Shown here piece by piece: positions 43,701-52,433 of a DNA stretch of 64,000 nucleotides (positions are counted from its first letter, which is position 1; each line of letters starts with the position of its first letter). Both the position numbers and the translations under genes were made by a program. This DNA comes from a virus, in IMG/VR virus record IMGVR_UViG_3300048910_000190, positions 49,158 to 113,157 of that record, one strand, 5' to 3'. The notes under the pieces were generated by a model that saw only the letters and a list, made by a program, of their open reading frames with translations, was not told where the DNA came from and did no database searches.

Positions 43701-44481
43701 CGACGAGGTTCGTGCGGACGTCGATGTGCCGGTCCCGGGTGAGCCGGTCCAGCTGGGTGAGGTAGGTGTCGGCCTTGAGGCGTGGCGTGACCTGAACGAA
43801 CTGGTCGCGGGTGAGTCGGGAGAGCTGCGTCAGGTAGGTGGACGGGTCGCCCATCACGGGCGTGATTTTGACGGTCCGGTCTTGGATGAGCTTCTTGATC
43901 TGCGCCTCGACCGAGGCCAGCGACGCGGACGCCAACTCGACCTTGATCTGTACCTTTGCTGCTGCGCCGAGGGCCTTCAGCTTCGCCTTCGCGTCGGCGT
44001 CGTCAACGATGACCTTGAGCTTGGCGGTGACGTCCCGCGCCAGCCGGTCCAGGCTGGCCCTGGCATTGGTGTCGTTCAGGCCGACATTCACCGTGACGGT
44101 GATGTCCTTGGCGAGGGCAGCGAGCTTCGCCTTCGCGGCCGTGTCAACGACCCTGGCCGTCGCTGTGACGGTGAAGGCCTTGGCGAGGCGCGCGAGGGCG
44201 GTCTTCGCCGGGCCGTCGGCAACGCTCACCGTCGCCTTCACGGCTCTCGGCTTCGTGAGCCCGGCGAGGCGGGACTTCGCCGCGGCGTCGTCGACCTGAA
44301 TGCCGACCTTCACGGTGAGGGGCTTGGCCAGCTTGGCGAGGGACGCCCGCGCCGCCGTGTCGTTCAGCTTGACGAGGGCCGTGATGTCGAGCTTCTGGCC
44401 CTTCAGCTTGGCCAGGGACGCGTCGTACTTCGCCCGGTCCATCGTGACCTCTACGAAGCCCTCGGCCACACGAAACGCCAT
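40768..44481 (-). CDS. Tape measure protein
   Basis: 1237 aa, Ala/Leu-rich helical repeats; follows the chaperone genes. Confidence 0.95.
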   Translation of the reverse strand: MAFRVAEGFVEVTMDRAKYDASLAKLKGQKLDITALVKLNDTAARASLAKLAKPLTVKVGIQVDDAAAKSRLAGLTKPRAVKATVSVADGPAKTALARLAKAFTVTATARVVDTAAKAKLAALAKDITVTVNVGLNDTNARASLDRLARDVTAKLKVIVDDADAKAKLKALGAAAKVQIKVELASASLASVEAQIKKLIQDRTVKITPVMGDPSTYLTQLSRLTRDQFVQVTPRLKADTYLTQLDRLTRDRHIDVRTNLVAGDTRARLDELTRNRRVRVEVENNGLSGLLGQLARLGPSSSSAAGGVGALGGGVSGLALAAGSAVPTLASLVQSIISMAPAAAVAAPALGSLIAAFGAIKLGTSGIGDAFTQAFKPAVGGAGGAATATHALADAQTALKIAIRDAADANRHAVQQVAAAERDLTAAQLKEKQAQLDLIQARKAAKEQLEDYQNQLIDGELDHRQAVLDVQKAKEDLDKTLADPTATEEQRQEAQLAYDQAVQHLNEQTLAQQRLKQEAADAAKAGVDGNEKVVQATQDVSNAQQDVLDKTQALTEARISEVEAAEDGAIRVAQAQQAVTDAMQKTGAAAGGAADAIAKLAPSARDFVNAVIALKPAWDALKLDVQQAMFAGIGDRLTTVAHQVLPDLQAGLVGTAGILNQVALNALDAVGNLSKTGTLKTAFEGINNGLKPLEQVPARLVTMFGQLTAAAGPAFLRVTQLIADTVGSFGDKLAKSFASGGLTDTINRALDLVGQFGRLLGDVLGTVGNVLKAAGSAGGDALGMLGSVFKELRRITAAPEIQGALTALFGTFNALATTVAPLLGQALMALAPVIQALAPPVQALIQTLGNALRPVIAGLAPVLLSAAQAVGQLITAAGPLLTLAGKLAGQLLGALSPILAGLAEIFRQLAPVIQAAADQIGAFLMPLLAQLPALLTPFVNILTTLTGALLPILTQLIQELPLAQLGQAFAQVAAALAPLLQLLARLLGEQLKAMMPLLIPIISAIGQLAAIFADNFARALTQIVVPALRMLTQFLNGDYRGAISSARDVLVGFKDLVVREFVEIPSRVMGVFDDLGSSLYRAGQSVINSFISGIQSRFYAVERTLLDLTSHLPDWKGPPKVDARILTPSGKLLMDGLMGGIASRVPDLRAQLQGITGDIAGMPLGVGSPSLPTVGAATSSSPAVSAATAAAGATITIQNLTISGSFDMSSAAERRAAANAMVGEIKDALRNYDRGRSR

Positions 44482-45218
44482 CTACTCCACCTCCTCCTGC
44501 GGTGCCACCCGTGTGACGCTGATCAGACCGGGATGGGCCACGCGCATCGCCGCGAGTTCCATGTGCTGCCTGTCCTGCGACGCCGGGGCCTCGCTGTGCG
44601 TTGCCGGGGCCGCCTCGCGCTGTTCCTCGGCCCGGGCGGCGATCACCCCGCCGTACACCGCCACCCGCTGCGCCAGGCTGAGGAACCGGGGCCCGTCCAG
44701 GTCGTCCGCGCCGATGTCGATGCCGTAGAAGCGCAGGAAGTCCGCGTCCAGGTCCGGCAGGTAGTCGATGACCCACCCAACCTGCGCGACCCGGTCACGG
44801 AGCGGCCTGGCCCACGTCAGGCACGCCCTTTTCCCGACTCGTCCACCGGCCCGGCGAGGTGCGAGACGGCGGCTTCGATGATCTGCGCCAGCTCCTCGTC
44901 GCCGACCTCGGCCGACTGCTCCAGCGCCTCATACGCCTCCGGGCCGAGGAGCCGCTCCAGGAGCCGCTGTGCGGCGGCGTTCTCGCCCATCGTGCGGGCG
45001 AGCCGCAGAAACTCCAGCGTCAGGCCGGTAGGCACCTTGGAGGGGATGCGGTACGGGACGTCCTGGCCGTCGTCGCCGGTGAGGTAGAACAGCACGATGC
45101 CCGGGTCGGCGGTCTTCTTCTTCCTGCCGATCCGGACCGGCTCGAACGGCGCCGGGGACGTGACGGCGGAGGGCTCGACCTGGGGGCGCTTGGCGGTGCT
45201 AGTGCGGGAGGTGGCCAT
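44482..45218 (-). CDS. Tail assembly chaperone, long form via -1 frameshift
   Basis: Slippery G GGA AAA at 44835-44829; the -1 frame stays open to 44482 (LPDLDADFLRFYGID...LAQRVAVYGG). Confidence 0.85.
44817..45218 (-). CDS. Tail assembly chaperone, short form
   Basis: Between tail tube and tape measure; ends at the slippery site. Confidence 0.88.
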   Translation of the reverse strand: MATSRTSTAKRPQVEPSAVTSPAPFEPVRIGRKKKTADPGIVLFYLTGDDGQDVPYRIPSKVPTGLTLEFLRLARTMGENAAAQRLLERLLGPEAYEALEQSAEVGDEELAQIIEAAVSHLAGPVDESGKGRA

Positions 45219-45281
45219 CGGTTGCTCCTGTACGGAAAGGGGGAGGGTCGGCGCTCCGGCGGCGAAGGCCGCCGGGCGCGG

Positions 45282-45842
45282 TTACGAAGTCGCCTCGACG
45301 ATGTGGAAGGGGGCGATGGACGCGGTCACGTAGTGCGCCGTGAACTTCGTCTTGAAGAGCGTCTGCTTGTCCTTCGTGTACGCCATCCCGACCGAGTCGG
45401 TGGACAGGACCTTGCGGACGATGGCGCGCCGCCGGAACGAGTTGGCGCCCCAGCCGTCGAAGAGCATCGCCGTGTAGTTCGGCTGCGTCGCGCTCGAAGC
45501 GAACAGCGGCTCCAGGGTCTTGTAGCCCGCCCCGGTGGCCGCCGTGCCGCCGTTCAGCGCCACCGACAGGTTCTCCAGCGTCGCCTCCGCCAGCGACGTT
45601 TCGATCATCATGTCTCGCTTGGTCAGGCGGGACCCGGCCCGGTCGACGATCTGGTCGACCTCCAGTGCCGTGTACGTCTGGTCGATCGTCAGCGTCACCC
45701 CGTCCTGGGTGCCGCCCATGTCCGTCCACGCGGACGCCTGCGGCGTGGCGTTGACGGCCGCGTCGGCGGGCTCGGTCGCCCCGTACGTGCCCTGGTAGAG
45801 GGTCGCCGGTCCGAGGATCAGGTTCGTCGTGTTCACGGACAT
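45282..45842 (-). CDS. Major tail tube protein
   Basis: NLILGPATLY, WTDMGGTQDGV, ETSLAEATLENL. Confidence 0.9.
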   Translation of the reverse strand: MSVNTTNLILGPATLYQGTYGATEPADAAVNATPQASAWTDMGGTQDGVTLTIDQTYTALEVDQIVDRAGSRLTKRDMMIETSLAEATLENLSVALNGGTAATGAGYKTLEPLFASSATQPNYTAMLFDGWGANSFRRRAIVRKVLSTDSVGMAYTKDKQTLFKTKFTAHYVTASIAPFHIVEATS

Positions 45843-45845
45843 GGA

Positions 45846-46019
45846 TCAGTCCTCCTTCGCCGCTGGTGCGGCAGTTGTCGCCCGGACGGGCTCGGTGACG
45901 GGACTCGGCGAGGCGGAGGGTTCCTCGACGAGCAGGCCCTGGGCGTGGAGGTCGAGGTACTCGGCGGGTGAGACCTCCACCTCCACGTCGGGGCGGAACG
46001 TGGTGCGGACGACGGTCAT
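45846..46019 (-). CDS. Small virion-region protein with Ser/Thr/Pro-rich tail
   Basis: VRTTFRPDVEVEV..EYLDL; coupled start. Confidence 0.7.
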   Translation of the reverse strand: MTVVRTTFRPDVEVEVSPAEYLDLHAQGLLVEEPSASPSPVTEPVRATTAAPAAKED

Positions 46020-46237
46020 CGGTAGTCCTCTCGCCGCAGGGGGAACTGGTGGTGGCTGAACTGGGGGTGGAACTGCAGGGCGAGGGTCTGTTCCGGTGGG
46101 ATGCTGCGGGGGCATTCGATGACGCGGGCGCCGGCGATGAGGAACTCCAGCTCTGCGCGGTTGTCGTGGACGAGGACGAGCCCGTTCCAGGTGAGGAGGT
46201 CGCGGCTGGTTTCGCCCTGCAGCGCCCATCGGGTCAC
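46016..46237 (-). CDS. Hypothetical virion-region protein
   Basis: GTG overlaps the upstream stop; LLTWNGLVLVHDNRAELEFL. Confidence 0.65.
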   Translation of the reverse strand: MTRWALQGETSRDLLTWNGLVLVHDNRAELEFLIAGARVIECPRSIPPEQTLALQFHPQFSHHQFPLRREDYR

Positions 46238-46680
46238 GTCGCCACCTCGACCCAGTTGAACGTGAGGCCCAGGTTGAGGCGCGCGTACGAGGCCTCGTCG
46301 TCGGGTACGCGGCGCGGCTCGTACGTCGAATACACGGACAGGGCCCGGGCGTTCGGGTACCCGGCGGGCAGCGTCAGCAGCCTCGGCGTGCTGATGCTGT
46401 CGTAGCAAGCGGCCTGGATCTGCTCCGCCAGGAAGCCGGCCTTGTTCCACGGCGGCCGGTTCGACTCCGGGCTGACAGCCCAGCAGTCCACGGACACGAC
46501 GGGGGCCCGCAGCGGCACGTACAGGTTGGGGGTGCCGCCGACGGTGGCGACGGTCACGAACCCGGACGCCGCCCACGTGGCGTTGCTGCGCGGCAGTGTG
46601 GTCGCGACGATGTCCCCGACGACACCCTTCAGCCAGGCGGCAGCGACGAGTTCGGTGCTCGCGCGTAGCAGGACGCTCAT
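46234..46680 (-). CDS. Tail terminator-like protein
   Basis: Position; PVVSVDCWA motif. Confidence 0.75.
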   Translation of the reverse strand: MSVLLRASTELVAAAWLKGVVGDIVATTLPRSNATWAASGFVTVATVGGTPNLYVPLRAPVVSVDCWAVSPESNRPPWNKAGFLAEQIQAACYDSISTPRLLTLPAGYPNARALSVYSTYEPRRVPDDEASYARLNLGLTFNWVEVAT

Positions 46681-47036
46681 CGCAGCTCCCTCGGCTGGAG
46701 CAGTGCGGGTCGCAGGAAGGGGTACGCGGGGGTTCCGGGGTGGTTGACCTTCGCTACGGGATGGTCGGCGCCGGGCCAGTACAGGGCCTTCTTGCCGTTG
46801 GGGCGGATCACGTGCGGGGCGGTGCCGTATTCGACGTACCGCCAGTACGGGACGTCTGTGGACACGCGCAGGGTGAGGCCTTCGACCTCGGCGGTGATGG
46901 AGGCTTTGAGGCGGCCGGTGTTGACGCGGGCGAGGCCTTGGGCGGTGGCGGCGATGTCGTGCCCGAGGTGCTGCATGACGGTGTGCAGGGCGGCGTCGAG
47001 GTGAGCGTCCGCGCTCGGGTCAAGCTTGATCGTCAT
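46677..47036 (-). CDS. HK97 gp10-like neck protein
   Basis: ARVNTGRLKASI, YVEYGTAPH, HPGTPAYPFLRPAL. Confidence 0.88.
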   Translation of the reverse strand: MTIKLDPSADAHLDAALHTVMQHLGHDIAATAQGLARVNTGRLKASITAEVEGLTLRVSTDVPYWRYVEYGTAPHVIRPNGKKALYWPGADHPVAKVNHPGTPAYPFLRPALLQPRELR

Positions 47037-47110
47037 CTCCGCCGTCCTCTCCAGACAGTGGCGTGCAGGGTGGCCGCCCGGTCTCCCCGGGCTGGTGGCC
47101 GTGGTGCTGT

Positions 47111-47446
47111 TCAGTTGACGAGCGTGAGGTCGAGTCGCAGTTCCGGTGTGAAGCCGACCGCGGCGAGCTGGGTGACTGCCGTGATCGCGTAGATGCGGCC
47201 GGTCCGTTCGTCGCGGAGCCGGTCCTCCTCCGTGACGCTGGTGCCGACGGGGAGCCGCGCGGTGGCGTAGCGGACGACGCGGGGTGTCGCCGAGTTCGGG
47301 GTGGTGATGCTGCGGGTCCGCTCGATCAGGCTCGCCCGGACGCGGGTCAGGGTGTCTCCGCCCGCTTCGGAAGCGGAATCAAGTTGATCACCGAACGTGT
47401 CGGTAGCGGTCCCCCGCAGTACCGTCACCCAGGTCGTCGGAATCAC
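47111..47446 (-). CDS. Head-tail stopper/closure protein
   Basis: VTVLRG..DTFGD, DRLRDERTGRIYAI. Confidence 0.78.
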   Translation of the reverse strand: MIPTTWVTVLRGTATDTFGDQLDSASEAGGDTLTRVRASLIERTRSITTPNSATPRVVRYATARLPVGTSVTEEDRLRDERTGRIYAITAVTQLAAVGFTPELRLDLTLVN

Positions 47447-47889
47447 CCCAAGTCCTCCATTGGCTTCCAGTTCTGCAGGACGTCGTTCTCCTCGGCGAGG
47501 GGGTTCGCGAACCACGAGCCGCCGTCGACGAACGGGCTGCGCACATGGATGGTGCGGCTCCTGCGCCACGACAGGCGGTTGATCGCGCGGGCCGCCATCG
47601 GCGCCAGAACGAGCGCGTTCTCCTTGAGGCTGGCGGATACTCCGTCCTGGGTGCTGGCCGTCAGATCCAAGTTCACGAGGAGGCCCGGCTGCCCGGCCGC
47701 CCACGCCGCCTGGAAGGCGACGGCCCGGCCCAGCCAGTACACGTCGCGGGGGCGCAGGCGGGCTGTCTGGTCGAAGGACCGTCCGACGAAGACCTCGATC
47801 ATGGCCTGTGCCTGGAGGAGCTGCTGATCCGCCACTTCGACGCCGGTGACTTCGGCGGTGGTGGTGGCGTCGGCCCATGCGTTGACCAC
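47443..47889 (-). CDS. Head-to-tail adaptor
   Basis: First gene after the capsid; AVAFQAAW. Confidence 0.75.
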   Translation of the reverse strand: MVNAWADATTTAEVTGVEVADQQLLQAQAMIEVFVGRSFDQTARLRPRDVYWLGRAVAFQAAWAAGQPGLLVNLDLTASTQDGVSASLKENALVLAPMAARAINRLSWRRSRTIHVRSPFVDGGSWFANPLAEENDVLQNWKPMEDLG

Positions 47890-47958
47890 AGCTCCTCCTT
47901 CCTGCGGGTGGTGCCCTGCGCCGTCGCGTGGCCGACGGCGCAGGGGGACCGGCTGGTT

Positions 47959-48876
47959 CTAGCCGACGAGGATGGACGCGCCGGCGGGGTGGCCGTAGGC
48001 CCAGCCGCGGCGGGCGCGCATCTTGAGGAGCGACTCGTCGGTGAGGGCGCTGGTGCCGTCGCGGCCGTCGATGAACACGGACTCGGGGCCGGAGCGAACG
48101 CCGAGGAGCATCAGGTCCGTCGACACGAAGCACATGAGGGGGCGGCCGGTCGGCGCGGAGGTGGCGGTGGCGGAGGTCTTCGCGCCCAGTGACCAGCGGA
48201 TCGGCACGCCGAAGATCGTGTCAGGGGTGCCGGAGTCCGCGCCCTGCCCCTGCACGAAGATCGGCTCGCCGACGGAGTCCTTGACGCCACGCAGCGCCTT
48301 CTTGAAGGTCGGGTGCGCGATCGCGAGCGTGGTCGACGGGTCGTAGTAGTCGCCGGCCTCCAGGAGGCTGACGGCGGTGTTGAACTCGTCGTACTGGACG
48401 TTGCCTGCGGTCGCGGCGATGGTGATGTTCGCCCCGCCGGTGTAGTTGAGGGTCGCGTCGGTGGTGTTCAGCAGGTAGTACAGGGAGGTGAAGGGGACGC
48501 CGGTTCCGGTGGCGGCCGTGACGCCCAAGCAGGCGTTGTCGAGGATCTTGGCGTACGAGATGCCCCAGTCCCGCATCTTGGTGGAGAGGATGTTGGCGAG
48601 GGAGTCGTTGATGTCCTCCTCCGCGATGCGGATGACCTTGCCGAGCTTCTTCGCGTAGAGGATGACCTCGTCGTTGAGGGAGGTGTCCTCGCCGTACGCG
48701 GAGCCCTTGTCGACGAAGTCCACGCCCATGCCGGCGGAGCGCGGGGTGTGGCGGGTGTCGGAGCCCATCGGGATGCGGGAGGCCAGTGCCTCGACCGCGG
48801 ACGTCTGGGTGATGCGGGTGATGACCTCGGAGCCGTACTCTTCCGGGATCCACGGCTCGAACGTGTTGCGTGCCAT
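47959..48876 (-). CDS. Major capsid protein (HK97 fold)
   Basis: WIPEEYGSEV, AKKLG..IRIAEEDIND, LRGVKDSVGEPIF, TIFGVPI. Confidence 0.92.
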   Translation of the reverse strand: MARNTFEPWIPEEYGSEVITRITQTSAVEALASRIPMGSDTRHTPRSAGMGVDFVDKGSAYGEDTSLNDEVILYAKKLGKVIRIAEEDINDSLANILSTKMRDWGISYAKILDNACLGVTAATGTGVPFTSLYYLLNTTDATLNYTGGANITIAATAGNVQYDEFNTAVSLLEAGDYYDPSTTLAIAHPTFKKALRGVKDSVGEPIFVQGQGADSGTPDTIFGVPIRWSLGAKTSATATSAPTGRPLMCFVSTDLMLLGVRSGPESVFIDGRDGTSALTDESLLKMRARRGWAYGHPAGASILVG

Positions 48877-48995
48877 GCGGCCCTCCTGGGGCGGGTGATG
48901 GGGCGGAGCTGGTGGGCTCGGGCCCCATCACGGGCGCCTCGAACAGGTGGGCTGCCCGATCACCGGGCTGCGCGATCACACGATATGGGCGAGGG

Positions 48996-49727
48996 TCAGG
49001 AGCCTCCCAACACGCGGGCCGCGTGCTGCTCCCAGCTGTTCTTGGGCTTCTCCGGTGCGGCGGCCTTGGGGGCACCCGTGGGGCGGGGCTTCGCCTTCGG
49101 CTTCTCCGCCTCCGGCTTCGTGAAGAACTCCGGGTACTCGGCGCGCAGCCGGTCGATCTCCGAGTCGAGGCCGATCACGTCACCGTCGTCGTCCACCGAC
49201 AGGGACTGCGTGTCCAGGAGCCGCAGGACCCGGTCGGGGCCTCCGGCGACACCGGCCTCAGCCAGGGCAGCCCGGGCGGCCTGACTGACGATGCGGGGCT
49301 TCCACGTGTTCTCGGCTTCTTCGCGGGCTTCGCGCAGCGCCTTGTCGAGGTCGCCCTCGTTGGCGCGGTCGCGGTCCTCGCGCTCCTTCAGGGCGAGGCG
49401 GTGCCGCTTCGCGTCGTCGTTGGACTTCTTCAGGGCGGCCCGGAGCTTTGCGAGTTCGACCTCGGCCTTGGTGAGAGCCGGGTCCTTCTTCGCGTCGGGC
49501 TTCGGCGGTTCCGGCTTGGGCTGCTCGTCGTCCGGCTCGTCATCGGCGCCGGTGTCGTCCTCGGCGTCGTCGAGGTCGGCGCCGTCCATGTCGACGTCAC
49601 TGTCGCCGTCGTCCTCGGCGCCGCCCGCGATCGGGTAGATCGGGCGGCCGTCGGCACGGTGGCCGAGGATCGTGTGCGGGGGCAGGCTGATAGCGGGGCG
49701 GGGGGCTCCGATCACCGGAACGTCCAC
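48996..49727 (-). CDS. Capsid scaffolding protein
   Basis: ILGHRADGRPIYPIAGG, acidic linker, coiled coil, EIDRLRAEYPEFF. Confidence 0.85.
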   Translation of the reverse strand: MDVPVIGAPRPAISLPPHTILGHRADGRPIYPIAGGAEDDGDSDVDMDGADLDDAEDDTGADDEPDDEQPKPEPPKPDAKKDPALTKAEVELAKLRAALKKSNDDAKRHRLALKEREDRDRANEGDLDKALREAREEAENTWKPRIVSQAARAALAEAGVAGGPDRVLRLLDTQSLSVDDDGDVIGLDSEIDRLRAEYPEFFTKPEAEKPKAKPRPTGAPKAAAPEKPKNSWEQHAARVLGGS

Positions 49728-49800
49728 GGGGTGTCTCCCATCACGGGGGCGGATTGTTGACTGGCCGTGACCGTAGCTCCACGTCACGGCAGGTTTGTGA

Positions 49801-50820
49801 TCAGCCGGTGGGTGCTGTCCGGTCGAAGTGGCCTTCGCGGACCGCCCGGCGGGCTTTCGCTGCGACACGGGGCGGCAGGGTACGGCCCGAGGCGAGGAGG
49901 GAGCGGGCCGCGCGGATACGGGCGGCGCCGGACTCGGACGGCAACGCATTGCCCAGGGCGACCGACTCGGCGGCCTGCTGCTGCAGGAAGTCCGGCAGCC
50001 CGGCTGCGCGTCGCCACTCCGGAGACCACGGCACTGCACGGCACCGGCAGGCCGGGTGCAACGGCGGCCCGTCGATCGCATCCGGGCCGCTGCCACGCTG
50101 CAGCGGGTCGAACGACCGGCCCCCGTCGAAGTCCTCGCCCGGCCCGGCGACCTGGCCCGAGTACGCGGCGCAGTTCACGCAGGCGTCCAGCTCGGCGATC
50201 CAGATGCGACCGAACCCGAGGTCGTCGGCGACAGCACGGGCCCCGGTGTTGACGGCCTGATGGACGAGCCAGGCGACGGCCGTGCGCACCCTCGCGATGG
50301 CGGCACGGGCCACGCCGAGCGCCGCGGCGACGAGCCCGAACGGCTGCCCCTCGACCAGCCCCGGGTCAAGCAGGGCAAGCGCCCGCCCGATCTGGGTCTC
50401 CACCGTCCGCTCCAGGCGGTCGAGGACCCGGCCGGTGTCGGGGTGGGCCCGTGCTCCCCGGCCGGCGGCGCGCGGGGGATGCCCGGCGGCGCGGGCGAAC
50501 GCCTGGGCCTGCCTGACGCCGAGCTTGAGCGCCCCGGGCATGGCCTTGCGCAGGGCGCGGACCGCGCGACGGCCCAGCCCGGCGAGAGCCTGTTCGACCT
50601 TGGCCGTCACCGTTGCGAGGAACTCCGCCAGTTCCTTGCCCGCCCCGACGGCGGCAACCGATCCGAACGCGGCGACCCACAAGCCCGCTGCTGTGGCGAG
50701 CAGTTCCTCCATGTGGGAGTCGCTGTCGCCAACGGCCTGCCGGGTGACGGTGTCCTCGTAGGCGGCCGCTTCGTCGGTGTGCTGGGCCTGGGCCAGGTCG
50801 GCGAGTGTGGCGGCGGTCAT
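49801..50820 (-). CDS. MuF-like minor capsid / head morphogenesis protein
   Basis: WIAELDACVNC...PPLHPACRC. Confidence 0.85.
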   Translation of the reverse strand: MTAATLADLAQAQHTDEAAAYEDTVTRQAVGDSDSHMEELLATAAGLWVAAFGSVAAVGAGKELAEFLATVTAKVEQALAGLGRRAVRALRKAMPGALKLGVRQAQAFARAAGHPPRAAGRGARAHPDTGRVLDRLERTVETQIGRALALLDPGLVEGQPFGLVAAALGVARAAIARVRTAVAWLVHQAVNTGARAVADDLGFGRIWIAELDACVNCAAYSGQVAGPGEDFDGGRSFDPLQRGSGPDAIDGPPLHPACRCRAVPWSPEWRRAAGLPDFLQQQAAESVALGNALPSESGAARIRAARSLLASGRTLPPRVAAKARRAVREGHFDRTAPTG

Positions 50821-52367
50821 GCGCCCTGCCCGTCAGGGGGGACGATGGCCGGCCGCGTGGTGAGGGCTTGGATGAGTGGGTCGATGAGCTGCTGCGCCTG
50901 ACCCTGGTCGATGGCGTTCAACGTGACGGCGGAGCCGATCTTCTGCAGGGAGTCGGCGAACGAGGCGAGGTCGGCGAGGCGGTCGCGGAGCTGTGCGGCA
51001 TCGTCCGTGGACTCCTCCAGCCACGCCTCCACCTGGTCGTCGGTGTAGCCGCCCTCCACCAGCACCTGCCGCAGCGGCACACCGAGCTTGGTCTTCTGCT
51101 CGGCGGCGAGCCACCCGAAACGGTCGTCGGTCGCGGAGGCCGCAGCCCACCGCACGTCAACGACCGGTTCTTCGAAGCCGAGGAGGCGCAGGGCGAACGT
51201 GAACACGTCCTGCCACGTCCCGCCGAAGGACAACTGACGGTTGCGGATCTTCTTGGTGAACGGCGCTTCCTTCGCTCGCAGGGACTCACCGGACGGGGCG
51301 TCACCCTGCGGGTCGAACAGGTGCAAAGGGGTGGTGGTGGACTGTGCCATCGCCCGTACGTTGAACATCACCGGGTCGAGGAACACGTTCGGCTGCGCCG
51401 CATCGAACTGGCCAACGGCCTTGAAGCCCCTGAGGAGCATCACCTCGCCCGGGCCGGCCTTCAACGCGGAGGTGTCACCGGAGTCGGTGGGCCCGGACTC
51501 GGGGTCTGGTGGGAAGAAGTCGTCGTCGAAGTCGCTCGGGTCGAGGTCCCCGGTGTCGGTGGTCGCGGCCTCGGTGAGCGCGTAGCGCTGAGGAAAGCCC
51601 TGGTAGTCGACGGTGGCCATGTGGGTCGCGATGAGCTTGTTGATGGCGTTCTGGGGGCCGTAGGCGCGCTTGTGTTCGGGTGCGCCGAAGGGCCGGTCGG
51701 TACGGAAATGGAAGACGGGGATCTCGCCGTAGTCGTGGTCGATGAGCCACGACTCCGGGTCCGGCTCGCCGTCGTCTTCCGGCGTCGCAAGCCACGGCAT
51801 CCAGTCGCGTTCTGCGGTGCCTTGCGAGTCCGGCCGGGTGGTCCACCGTTCGATCCGGTCGGGGTAGTACAGCTCTGCCCTGTAGGTCTTGCCCTCGCAC
51901 CACTTCTTGATGGCGTAGCGCTTCTCGCGCGGGTTCTCCTCGTCGTAGATGACCCGCACGGTCGTCGGCGAGTTGTAGAACATCTGCACATCTTGGACCG
52001 TGTCGTTCTCGTCGGCGGCCGGGAGGACGATGAGGTAGGCGTCGCCGAACTCGCAGGCCCGGCGGTGGACGTCGCCAGCCTCCAGGTCCATGCCGTTGCT
52101 GTCCCAGACGCCCTGCAGCGCCTCGGCCTGGGTGTCGTCCGGGCTGGTGACGGCGGCGATCTCCAACCGGTCGACGACCGCGTCGACAACGGTGCACGCG
52201 AAGTTGAGATCGAAGTCGATGCCGGTGCGCTCCATGGCCCGTTGGACTCGCACGGAGGAGAACACTTCCGGGGCGGTTCCCTCGTAGTAGGCGTCGGCCT
52301 TGTCGTAGGCGTGGCGGGAGTCCCTCAGGGACTTGATCCCGTCCCACAGGTCATCGCTCGCCGTCAC
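50817..52367 (-). CDS. Portal protein (SPP1 gp6-like)
   Basis: YYEG, NFACTVVDAVVDRL, IPVFHF, DYQGFPQRY. Confidence 0.92.
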   Translation of the reverse strand: MTASDDLWDGIKSLRDSRHAYDKADAYYEGTAPEVFSSVRVQRAMERTGIDFDLNFACTVVDAVVDRLEIAAVTSPDDTQAEALQGVWDSNGMDLEAGDVHRRACEFGDAYLIVLPAADENDTVQDVQMFYNSPTTVRVIYDEENPREKRYAIKKWCEGKTYRAELYYPDRIERWTTRPDSQGTAERDWMPWLATPEDDGEPDPESWLIDHDYGEIPVFHFRTDRPFGAPEHKRAYGPQNAINKLIATHMATVDYQGFPQRYALTEAATTDTGDLDPSDFDDDFFPPDPESGPTDSGDTSALKAGPGEVMLLRGFKAVGQFDAAQPNVFLDPVMFNVRAMAQSTTTPLHLFDPQGDAPSGESLRAKEAPFTKKIRNRQLSFGGTWQDVFTFALRLLGFEEPVVDVRWAAASATDDRFGWLAAEQKTKLGVPLRQVLVEGGYTDDQVEAWLEESTDDAAQLRDRLADLASFADSLQKIGSAVTLNAIDQGQAQQLIDPLIQALTTRPAIVPPDGQGA

Positions 52368-52433
52368 ATCGCCCTCCATCGTCTCGGATCGCGATCACCA
52401 TAGGAGCCGGGCCAGTTCGGGCTGCGACACGTT

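Noticed and set aside
41542-45087. 1181-aa plus-strand ORF
   Set aside because: Antisense shadow of the tape measure and chaperone genes; long stop-free antisense frames are expected in high-GC3 DNA and it has no recognisable motifs
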